Below are positions 12,081 to 22,499 of a stretch of DNA of 64,000 nucleotides, piece after piece. A program made the translations under genes and the position numbers. The stretch comes from Hemiscyllium ocellatum (taxonomy: Eukaryota). Within the stretch, counting starts at the first letter, position 1; every line of letters begins with the position of its first letter. The notes under the pieces were generated by a model. That model made no database searches. It worked only from the letters and a program-made list of their open reading frames with translations, and was not told where the DNA came from. The DNA lies in assembly GCF_020745735.1 (NCBI RefSeq), contig NC_083409.1:18992341-19056340 (forward strand). Reading direction: 5' to 3'.

Positions 12081-14715
12081 CTTTCTGGTCCCAAATCACA
12101 CCTACTGTTACTTTTACCAGCCTTTTTACTGCCCATCTTTACTTGTCCTGTGCTGTAGGTAGATCCACAGTGTCCTGGGGAAGGGAATTCCAGAATTCTG
12201 ACCCAGTGATGATATGTCCAAGTTAAATTGGTGAATAGCTTAGAGGGAACTTGCTGGGGTGATGTTTTGTCTGAGATGATCAGAAAAGCCTTACATTCAC
12301 ATTAACCTGAGAGGGCAGTGGTTTAACCGATTATCCAGCAGATGGCATCTTTGCCCTTACCAGCCTCTCGTCAGTGCTCCAGTCTCTGGAGTGAGACATG
12401 AAAACCTGCAGGTTCAGGTGACGGTGTTACTGAGGCTGTTTATTCTTTCCTGGGATGTGGGTGTCACTGGATTTGTTCTCCATCCCTAACTGCCCTGAAA
12501 CTGAATGGCTTGCTCGGCCTTTCAAATGGCAGGTAAGGGTCAGCCACATTGCTGGAGTCCTGGCAGAGTCAGACATCTGCCACAGGTCTACAAGAACAAG
12601 GCCCTTTGGCCCAATGAGCCAAAGCCCCAGTCAAAACCACCACCTCACCATTCTAATTCCATGTTCCAGCATTCGGCCTGTAGCCCTGTGTACCTTGGCA
12701 TCACAGTTTCACATCGAAATACTTCAATGTTATGGGAGAGTTTCTGCCCCAACCACCCTTACAGGGAGTGAGCCCCAGACTGTCACCACCCTCCGGGTCA
12801 AAATGTGCTTCCTTATCTTCCCTCTTAACATTTGGCCATTTATCTTTAATCTGTGCCTCTCCGGTCATTGATTATAATATAACCCCATGTCACCAAGTCT
12901 CCCTTATTGACACATGAACTGTAATGCCTCAGAGAGAGTCGGGCACCGGAGGCTTAGGGTTTCTGACACTCAGCCTGTTTATGTCAGTGAGGATTCTCCC
13001 TGTTATATCCTGGTAACGATTTGAGTTTTCCTTGTGAAACCCAGTTGGAAATTTTAATGGCACTGAATTTTCCACACACTCCCACCTCTCTTGATGCTCA
13101 CCCTTCTCTGGTTAATTCTTCCCATTTCCTTCCCCTCTCTGAGTTAATTCCATTTCAGTAAAATCTGTGATAATTCCATGGAGGATGTGCACGAGAAACT
13201 GCCACAGAGAATCTCCCAGCCCTTCAAGGTTTGCAGCAAGCCTGGACTGTGCCCTTGTGTACCTTGCCTGAAGGACTCCATGTGATCTGTCAGCCTCCAT
13301 CCCAGCCTGATAACCATCTCGGACATTGGAAGGAAATGCCCAAGGAGCAGGTTAACATGGTGCAAAAAGCCTTTCAGCTGAAGCTTCAGTGTTTACGCTC
13401 AGTGTGCATTATCACTTGCTAATTGCTTTCCTTTTACATGATAATGAGGAAAGAACTTTTGGTGCAGTTTTTTTTAATCATCTCAGGATATTCAAAGCTG
13501 TGAGCATAGAGCAGTCACGTTCACGGACAAGATGGTCAGGTCCCACAGGCAGTAAATGAATGACAAAACAAATCTGTTTTGTTGGCACTAGTTGAATATT
13601 GAACAGGACACCCGAGGGAATCTCTTCAGAATGGGATCTTGTCGAGCCCCCTGAGGTGGGGGTGGGGATGGTCGGGTGTGGTGGTGGTGGAGACTCAAAT
13701 GATGGTGCCAGAGACTGTGCAACTTTCAGCAGTGCACCACAGTCTCAGCCTGGATTCTGTGTTCTCATTTCTGAGGTGGCTTTCAATCCGATGACCATTT
13801 TGACTATGGGCCAGGAGCATTGCCCATGGAGCCACGGTCAGTAACAATGTAAACTGTGTGGCTCTGAAAGCCTGAGTCTGCATCTCAGCTCGGGAGGATA
13901 TCAGCTCATTCATCAAATCTGTCTCTGCCCCTCTGCAGGCTGACCAGGCTGCCGGTGCCTTTCCAACACTCCCACATTTCCTCTTGTGTCACAGCTCATT
14001 CTGCTGAGGGATAGTTGTGCTCGTGATCGAAAAGTGTGGCGCTGGAAAAGCACAGCAGGTCAGGCAGTTGTGCTCAGGCCGAGGAACATGACCTTGTCCC
14101 TCTGTCAGATCCTCTTCGAGACACTCATGGCTCATTACCGCCCTCTGCAGGACAATTAGGGAAGAGCAACAAGCAAGGATAGAGATGGAGACGTGGAACT
14201 TCAAATACTGATCTTTGCACTTTTGGGGCATGCTTTGATGGCTGTTTTTTAGATCTTTGCGAACGATGTTTTTTTGCTGATCCCACTGCTAATCCGAAGG
14301 ACACTCCACCTTGCAGTCTTACAAACCAGATTCACCACCTTGCAGTCTGACAAGCCAGGTTCTCCCATTTCCAGGCTTTGTTTCTGGGCAAGGCTCCAGT
14401 CTTTCAAAGAGATGAATTCAAGCTTCACCAGTTTGATCATTTGAATTGTAAGTCATTTATTTTTATTTCTCCTGGGATGGGGTAGGCGTTGAGTGTCGGT
14501 TATTTGTTGCTCTTCCCAAACTGTCCTGGAGATGGCGATGGTGAACCATGTAATATCTGGGAAGCAACTGACAGGTCATTCCCACTGGAATCCACAGGAA
14601 TGACTGCGGGTTTGTTTGCGGCTAATGGAAGGAGTCGTTACCCAAACTCCTCAGCTGCATTGCAAATACTCTATAGTTACTGGAAGGCAGCTGTTTCACT
14701 GTGCCCGTACAATAC

Positions 14716-14812
14716 AAAGTTGCACACAACACCAGGCTCCAGCTCAAGAGGTTCATTTTAAATCCCAAGTTTTCGAATTGCTGGTCCTTCGTCAGGTGTT
14801 CCCCAGTCCACC
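14716..14812 (-). mobile_element. Short PLE-derived fragment (family with the CACACAACACCAGG end)
   Basis: Matches the arms at 46107-46338; decayed CTGACGAAGG...CGAAA hammerhead on the minus strand. Confidence 0.6.
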
Positions 14813-15017
14813 ATCGGTATCCCCACATTACTGAACAGTACAAATAACTGGGGCTCTGCGAGGATCCAACCGGCTCAATCTGAGAGAGTACAGCTCTCGA
14901 ATCAGGATACCATAATGAAAATGCGCTGCATGCTATGATATATCAAAAAGAAATACATTGATGTGACTTTAGATTGTCTTCAGATTGTGCTTTTTTTTAT
15001 TCTGTGATACATGTAGA

Positions 15018-15148
15018 TTCCTGAAGAAGGACTCATGCCCGAAACATCGATTCTCCTGCTCCTTGGATGCTGCCTGACCTGCTGCGCTTTTCCAGCAACA
15101 CATTTTCAGCTCTGATCTCCAGCATCTGCAGTCCTCACTTTCTCCTCT
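15018..15148 (+). mobile_element. 131-bp Neptune-type PLE 3'-end insertion starting at the hammerhead
   Basis: TTCCTGAAGAAGGACTCATGCCCGAAACATCG...CCTCACTTTCTCCT; 10-bp TSD TACATGTAGA at 15008-15017 and 15149-15158. Confidence 0.9.
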
Positions 15149-15382
15149 TACATGTAGACTATGTCAATATTCAGTATCACAAAGTATGTTTCCTCCAGTA
15201 AACACTTTCCAACACACCCTGTCCATTCTGCTTTACTCCTCATTGCCTCTTCTACAATTGTCCCTGTTCCCTCACTCCGTCCCAGTCCCAGAGGAATTGA
15301 TGGCCAGAGTTCATGACCGCGCACTGTGTGAAGGTTGGTGTGAAGTGAGGCCAGTGTGTTGAAGCTTGGGCTCCTGCCTCGG

Positions 15383-15810
15383 GGAGAAAGTGAGGTCTGC
15401 AGATGCTGGAGATCAGAACTGAAAATGTGTTGCTGGAAAAGCGCAGCAGGTCAGGCAGCATCCAAGGAATAGGAAATTCGACGTTTGGGCATAAGCCCTT
15501 CATCAGGAATGAGGTAAGTGTGTCCAGCAGGCTAAGATAAAAGGTAGGGAGGAGGGACTTGGGGGAGGGGTGATGGAGATGTGATAGGTGGAAGGAGGTC
15601 AAGGTGAGGGTGATAGGTCGGAGTGGGGTGGGGGTGGAGAGTTCAGGAAGAAGATTGCAGGTTAGGAGGGCGGTGCTGAGTTCGAGGGAATCAACTGAGA
15701 CAAGGTGGGGGTAGGGGAAATGAGGAAACTGGAGAAATCTGAGTTCATCCCTTGTGGTTGGAGGGTTGCCAGGCGGAAGATGAGGCGCTCTTCCTCCAAC
15801 CGTCGTGGAG
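15383..15810 (-). mobile_element. Neptune-type PLE 3' fragment
   Basis: Reverse complement of the element end at 38570-39013; LEEERLIFRLATLQPQGMNSDF in ORF 15662-16252. Confidence 0.9.
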
Positions 15811-15814
15811 GAAA

Positions 15815-16180
15815 CAACTGCCCCACTCTGGAGAAAAGATCTTCGCTATTCACCCTATCTATGCCCCTCATGATTTTATGAACCATTATATTGTCACCCC
15901 TCAGCCTCCAAAGTTGCAGGGAAAATAGCCTCAGCCTATTCAGCCTCTCCAGATAGCTCAAACCCTCCGAACCTGGCAACATCATTGTAAATCTTTTCTG
16001 AAGCATTTTAAGATTCACAACATAATTCCTGTAGCAGGGAGACCAGAATTGCACACAGTATTCCAAAAGTGCCCTAACCAATGTCCTGTACAGCCGCAAC
16101 AGCTCCCAACTCCAATACTCAATGCACTGACCAATAAAGGAAAGCAAACCGAACAACATCTTCACCACACTATCGACCTG
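15815..16180 (-). mobile_element. CR1 3' RT fragment
   Basis: LYRTLVRALLEYCVQFWSPCYR...LERLNRLRLFSL. Confidence 0.85.
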
Positions 16181-18166
16181 CAACTCCACTTTGAAGGAAC
16201 TATACTTTTTTTTTGGATGAACTGGGAATCCTTCAGTTGTGAAAGATGCCATTCCATGTCACCATTGGAGGAAGAGCAGGCAGTTCCCCCAGTGCCCTGG
16301 TTAATACTTATACCCCAATCAAAATCAATAAAAATCTATTTCCTTGCTAATTATCATAATGTGTTTGGGATCTTACTGTGCACACTCTGCTGGAAAGAGC
16401 CATTGGGGCATCCTGAGTTGGGAACAGGTGCTACACAAATTCAAGTCTTTCTTTAAGGTTGGAGCTTCCTGATCCTGACCCTGACCCATTGTCCGTGTAC
16501 TCTCACCTTCCAGGGGTCATTGAGTCATTAGGAGAAGTGACCTTGGCTGACCCTGGGGCAGTGAGGCTCTTTGTAGCCTCACCCCTGACCTCAGCCCATT
16601 GGTGTGCAGCAAGGTTTGAAATGTAATCTGGAACCTTCCACATGGACACCCAATGAAGTGTGTGGATCCAAGTCTGCTCCAATGTTCTCGGATAAAGTTC
16701 TCCTGATCTGTGGATGATAGCAGGTTTGTTAAAGATGTATTGAGCTCCATCCCACTTTCCAGCTTTTGCTCCATAGCTCTGGAGGCTTCGCTTTTTCAAG
16801 TGAATATCCAAGTGTTTTTTCAATGTGATGATGGTTTTGGCCTCTCCCACCCTTTCAGTCAGTGAGTCCCAGATCTCACCAGCCTCTGGGTGGAAACAGT
16901 TACTCCTCAACTCCCCTCAAACCCTGCCCCAATTCATTTCAGTCTCTCCCCATGGCTATTGCTTCTCTGCCGATGGAAATCAGTCCTTCCTACCCACTCT
17001 GTCCAGGGCCCACATCATTTTACACACCTCGAATGCTCCACCATTCAATATGATCATGGCTGATCATCCAACACAATCCCCTGTTCCTGCTTTCTCCCCA
17101 CATTCTTTGATCCCTTTAATCCTAAGAACAATATCTAATTCCTTCTTGAACACATATACCACATCTAATTCCCTCATGCAGGAAGAATGGATGAGAATTA
17201 TTGGGTTGTTATTTTTTGACCAGTATGGACACAATGGGCTGATGGGCCTTTTGGGTCTCTATGATTCTATGATTGTATATTATGAATAACTGGGTTACCA
17301 AGGACTGACCCCTGTAGTATGACACTTGGTAACTACCTGCCATTCAGAAAAAGACTTGTTGTTTCTGTCCTGTCTGCCAACCAGTTCCCAATCCATGTCA
17401 GTACATGACCCCCAATCCTCTTGTTAATTGGGATTTCCCTGATTCCGTTGGACATATTTCATCCTGTCAGCTCTTTGCTTTCCACAGGTCCTGTTCAATG
17501 TCACACCTGCATTTTCTATCCTCCTCTCAGCTTTCTGCAGGTTTGCTCTCCAGATAACCAACATCACCATCCCTGTTTGGTCTTCCCTACTCTGCTGCCT
17601 TTTGACATCCCAGGCTGAGAGTCTATATTTGGGAGTCCCACCCTTACTCATTGTGGGAACAGATTCTGAACAATCTCTTTCTCATCCTTCGAGGCCTCCC
17701 ACTGCCCTGACACTGATATTCCATCCACAGTTTCAGTCCACTTTTGCTAAATCACTGCATAGTTTAGTAAAATAGTTCATTCCCAAATGAAAACTTTTAC
17801 ACTTGCTCCATGGTTCTCCATATCTATCCGTACTCTCAATCTCACTGAGTTCTGATCACTGTCACTGAAATGCTCCCACATTGATAGCTCTTCCAGTTGC
17901 CCATATTCATTCCCGAAACAATGGTCTAAAACTGTCCCTTCTCTTTCACCATCACCCTCTCAGGGGCAATTAGGGATGGGCAATAAATGCTGGTCCTGGC
18001 AGTGACTCTCATATCCCAAGAAGCAATTTAAACAATACCTGTTCTTTTGTCGGGTTTATTCTGTGTTGACGGCAAATATTCAATGAGATTGTATTGCCAG
18101 TGAATATTGTGAGGGTTGAATTCCCTTCAAAAGGCAGGGATTAAAATTGTTTCTCTTGTCTTTCAG

Positions 18167-18494
18167 GCCATGACAACTCTCAGCCCAAGCTGACCCTGCT
18201 GCCCCCTTCCCGGAGCAGGTCAATGCCAAGGGCACTGCCACCCTGGTGTGCCTTGCCAATCACTTCTATCCCAATGGGCTGGAGGTGCAGTGGAAGAAGG
18301 ACGGTGCAGTCATTTTGGATGGGATTCAGACCTGCAACTGCCTGCGAGCTTCGGACAGCACCTACAGTGACAGCAGCCTACTGACCCTCTCTGGGTCTGA
18401 CTGGAAGTCCAACGTTCACTTCTCCTGTGCCCTCACCCATGTGACTCTCCCCTCTCCCCTTAGCAAGAGCATCAGAAGATCATAATGTGTGTAG
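18167..18494 (+). pseudogene. IGKC: Ig kappa-type constant exon pseudogene (C2)
   Basis: Paralog of 8260-8588 with the acceptor intact. A 1-nt deletion in the C-run at ~18205-18211 shifts the frame, and GAA>TAA at 18483-18485 stops translation before the interchain Cys. Confidence 0.92.
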
Positions 18495-19013
18495 AGTGTT
18501 GTAGACATCCATGGAGGAGACACAACTTTAAATAGAACAGGGCTGAACTGACAGGACAAAGGTCATCGTTAGCACTGAATTTCACCTCTCTTCCTTCTCG
18601 GGATTGCTCAGAGATACGTCTGAGGTTTGGATGTTGAAGTCGGTCACTGCGACAGTGTCGAGAGACTTTACACTATGTCAAAGCTCATGCTGTCGTTGTC
18701 CAGGGAGTGTTTGATGGGGAAGTGTTGACTGTATGCCAAGTAAAATCTCTTGAAGTTGCTGACGACTGTCAGCTGTACAAAACAATGTGAACCTCAGAAG
18801 TCTCTGCTTCAGTAAACCAGATCTCCTTCCTGCTTAGCTGTCAGTTCTAATTTAAGGTTCTGTCACTGTTTAAAGGGACAGGATCCTCATGTTATTGAGC
18901 AAATCTCCACAAGTGTTTTCCTCAAACTCCATTGTGGCTGTGAATTTGAGCAGCTTCCCCTGTCTGGGCTGTAAGCTGCAGTTTTTTTCTGTCAATGTGA
19001 ATCTGAAAAAGGG

Positions 19014-19019
19014 AATAAA
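19014..19019 (+). terminator. Polyadenylation signal, C2 copy
   Basis: AATAAA paralogous to 9114-9119. Confidence 0.55.
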
Positions 19020-19364
19020 GATGAAGATTCAGTCTCTGTCTCTGTGTGTTTTGGAAATAGATGACCTTCCCTGCCCCCCCAGTTGATTGGCTGCATTTAG
19101 CAGGTCATTGTCACAATTGGTTGCTTAGCCTGTCAATCAATTACAATCATCAGTCATTAATCATTTTCAAATGATCCCTTTGGTCAGGAATTTATGCAGG
19201 TTACAAGATTCCAAAAAGAACAGAAACTGAAAGTTGTCAGGACTCAATAAGTACAATCCGACACATTCCCTCCAGGCCCAGCTGATGGGATTGCACTGTG
19301 CAATCTCTGCGGCATGTTGGGTAGCCTCTGAAACAATCTTCAGCCATTCACAGACTTTGTCGGC

Positions 19365-19775
19365 TGTGTCTCTCTCAGTGTGAAAGGATGCTCTCTGGGC
19401 GGTCTGAAACCTGTTGATCTTCCAGCTGAAGGAGTCTTCCCCGACTGAGTGTTGCAGACTGGCACATTCCAAGGTCCAGGACTACGTGTTGAGGGACGCG
19501 CTGAAGCTTGGGGCAGCTGCTGCCAAGGCGCGGGTGGGGAATGACCACCGTGTAACATCTGCCTGCCTAAAGAAGATCAGGGAGCCCATGCAGTCATTTG
19601 GGCTCTGCTGACGCCTCAGCTCAATATATGGGCATATGATTGAAAAATGTACCGACCTGTATATAACAATGATAAATTCCGATCTCCGTATGCAAATATT
19701 TACATATGTATGGCATAACCAATGGTACAGATCATCAAATTATTTTATGAATAAAGTAGATTTTTGAAATAAAAA
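19365..19775 (+). mobile_element. L1/Tx1-clade LINE 3' end (5'-truncated)
   Basis: ...ECCRLAHSKVQDYVLRDALKLGAAAAKA ORF2 C-terminus, then 3'UTR with AATAAA (19750) and an A-rich end. Confidence 0.75.
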
Positions 19776-19789
19776 CATGTTTAATTTAT

Positions 19790-20020
19790 GCTGCCTGTCG
19801 GTGTCTCTCTCTCGGTGTGAGTGTGTTACTCTGTGCTGCCTGTAGGTGTCTCTCTCAGTGCGAGTGTGTTACTCTGTGCTGCCTGTAGGTGTCTCTCTCA
19901 GTGCGAGTGTGTTACTCTGTGCTGCCTGTAGGTGGCTCTGTCAGTGTGCGTGTGTTACTCAGTGCTGCTCTCTCTCAGTGTGAGTGTGTTACTCTGTGCT
20001 GCCTGGCGGTGTCTCTCTGA
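19790..20020. repeat. 43-bp minisatellite, ~5 copies
   Basis: Unit TCTCTCTCAGTGCGAGTGTGTTACTCTGTGCTGCCTGTAGGTG; GTTACT recurs at 19825, 19868, 19911, 19954 and 19988. Confidence 0.95.
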
Positions 20021-20151
20021 GGTCTGTGTCTCCGAGCGATGGATTGAGAATGGGCTTTGTGCTGGGGATTGAAGATGAGACTTTAATCTTCTCAAATCAT
20101 GAATGAAAAACAGCTCAGCTGATTCAGTCTGAGAGGCAGTTCATTCAGATG

Positions 20152-20290
20152 GCCAAAGTTAAAAATCACACAATACCAGGTTTGAGTCAAACAGGTTTAT
20201 TTGGAAGTAGAAGTACTCGTTGCGCTGTTCCTTCATCAGGTAGCTGAAGGGGCAGGATCACAGGACACAGAGTTTATAGTAAATTCAGAT
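20152..20290 (-). mobile_element. PLE-derived fragment (same family as 46107-46338)
   Basis: CAAAGTTAAAAATCACACAATACCAGG...CCTTCATCAGGT matches the left arm at 46107. Confidence 0.7.
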
Positions 20291-20874
20291 GGCAGCTGAG
20301 AGTGTATTCTCGGTAAGGGAGGGATTTCAGAGGCAGTGGGCACTGTGCTCCCTAATGTGCTGCCCAATACAAGGGGATTTTCTGGATACAGGTTCAGAAT
20401 AGTAGTAGCTGCCTGCCCAGCCAATGCTGGCTCACCATAGTTGTATTTCAGCTGTCAATTAGCCCGAAATTAGGAGCAGCAATATTACCTTCCAGGGAGG
20501 GGAGCTGTCTGAGGGAGGGAGGTTGAATTCTTACAGCCCCAAGAGAGGTTGCAGTGGATTAATGACAGGTATGACCACCATGAAGGTGTCAAGTTCTCTC
20601 CTCCTGTCCCAGCTTTGATGCCCCTCATGTTAAAAACGTGACTGTGCTCCTTTAGGATGATGACCATGTTCCTGGGTGAGGTCGGGAGGGAAGGTCAGCC
20701 TCTCCCAAAGGCAGCACAGGCTGGATCGAAGGGGCATCAAGGGTAAGCATGGGGAGATTGAGGGTGACAGAAGGAGGGGGCTGGTTCGCAGGTTGTTATT
20801 CAGAGTCAGGTCCCAGAGTATCAGTACTTCTGACAGTCCCGTTTTATTTTTTTTTAGAACCTCTGACACTCCTG

Positions 20875-22005
20875 TTTATTTTTTTTCTATTACCCCCACA
20901 CTACGGCCTAACTGCGGTAGTGCTTATTTTTTTCCCCAGCACCCATGTTGTGTATGTGTAGGTGTGAGACACAGTGAGACACACCAAAATGTACGAATCT
21001 TTATTCAGTTTCCACCACCAGGAAGAAAGGAAACACCCGAGTGGCCTGTGACAAGCAGTGCCCTTCACATCAAAGGGCAATGCTGTGTGATCAAACAGTG
21101 CAGCGGAGGGCAGGGATTATATGAAAATAGAGTTGGAGGAGGAGGTAATGCACTCCACTCCCTGCGGCGCCCCCCTCTCCCTGAACAACTCCAGGGTGTT
21201 GGTGGAGACCGCGTGCTCCTTCTCCAAGGACACCCGGGCTCTAACATAACTACGGAAGAGGGGCAGGCAGTCGGCACAAACGACCACCTCCACGGCCCGC
21301 TGCCTGGACCTGTTTATGGCCAGTTTGGCCAGGCCCAGGAGCAGACCCACAAGGAGGTCTTCAGACCTGCCCTACCTCCTCCGTACCCGAAGATCAGGAA
21401 CGTGGGACTGAAATGCAACCAAAAGCAGAGGAGGAGGTTTTTAAGAAAATCAAAAGGGGAGTGCAAATGCCCACACCCAATATACACGTGGTCCACGGAC
21501 TCCACAGTGCCACAGAACAAGCAGTTGTGCTCGGAGTCCGTGAACCACCCCAATCTGCGGTTGCAGGGGACCGCTGCATGCAGCACCCTCTACCCCAGAT
21601 CCCCGAGAGAAAGGGGGAGGACTCCCACGTAGAGAGCCCTCCACTGGGGATCCCCACCACCCGGGGGCAAATGGATGTGTCCGGACGGTGGATGAGGGAG
21701 AAGAGGTGGACGATGTGCAGCAGCAGTCAATACAGGGCCCCCCTTTTTACATCCTTAAAAGGGACAAAATTAAAATTCAGGAGGTGGCTCAGGTTGTGGG
21801 ACACAGGCTTCCATGGGAAGTATGGGACCTTGGGGCCAATGTGAAATTCTGTCTGGGCTGGGGTGAGCGTGGACGGGATCCCACCGCACACCTGAGCATC
21901 CTCCAACTGGTGCACTACGTCGGGTCCGAGCACCGCCGTTTGACAGTCCCCTTTTCATCTGTCAGCCAGGACTCCCTGTTGGACAAGGTTAACTGTCCCT
22001 GTCAG
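20875..22005 (-). mobile_element. L1/Tx1-clade LINE 3' fragment (second family)
   Basis: CLFCGTVESVDHVYIGC zinc knuckle and LLLGLAKLAINRSR...FRSYVRARV ORF2 C-terminus; T-tract at 20875-20887 is the poly(A) tail. Confidence 0.8.
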
Positions 22006-22184
22006 GGAACTCATATTATATATAAAAGAATAAAACATTTATTGAACAAGGAGCTCAAGAGCTAAATGGCACTAGACAAAATGAATGGTTTGAAAGGTTT
22101 CATTATGAACACCGCAAATGAGATTTGGTGAAGAACGTTTTCACTCAGTGGGTGGTGGGAATCTGGAATGGCCTGTCATAGAAT

Positions 22185-22487
22185 CCCTACTGTGAGGAAA
22201 CAGGTTATTTGGCCCAACGAGTCCACACTGACCCTTGGAAGAGTAACCCACCCAAGACCCAATCCCCATCCCATTACTCTACTTTTCCCCTGACTAATGA
22301 ATCTAACCTACCCATCCCTGACCACTATGGGCAATTTAGCACAGCCAATTCACCTAACCTGCACGTCTTTAGATTGTGGGAGGAACCCAGAGCACCCAGA
22401 GGAAACCTACGCAGACACGGGGAGAATGTGCAAACTCCACACAGACAGTTGCCTGAGGCTGGAATTGAACCCGGGTCAAAACATTCG
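22185..22487 (-). mobile_element. HE1-type SINE
   Basis: Reverse complement of the HE1 body, with B-box GGAATTGAACCC and CATAGAATCCCTAC tail. Confidence 0.9.
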
Positions 22488-22499
22488 GACCGGCCTTGG

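Larger units (their letters stand above)
14600..15382 (+). repeat. Paralogous segment copy 3 (homologous to 28130-29545 inverted and 37924-38016)
   Basis: Colinear similarity, e.g. GAGGAATTGATGGCC(A/G)GAGTTCATGACC...GGGCTCCTGCCTC, and revcomp CACAGTGAAACAGCTGCC...CCTTCCATT vs 29433-29512. Confidence 0.85.

Noticed and set aside
12166-12204. Perfect heptamer CACAGTG between the two C exons
   Set aside because: No nonamer at 12 or 23 spacing, no V upstream, and it lies in a LINE-like remnant.
19690-19697. Octamer ATGCAAAT
   Set aside because: Lies in a Tx1 3'UTR with no leader or V exon nearby; other octamers in the window are likewise in repeats or AT-rich DNA.
19790-20020. CRISPR-like array
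   Set aside because: Head-to-tail repeats with no unique spacers, in eukaryotic DNA.
20676-21632. 318-aa ORF, the longest in the window
   Set aside because: Largely the antisense shadow of a Tx1 ORF2 fragment plus a poly-T junction; no domain motifs.
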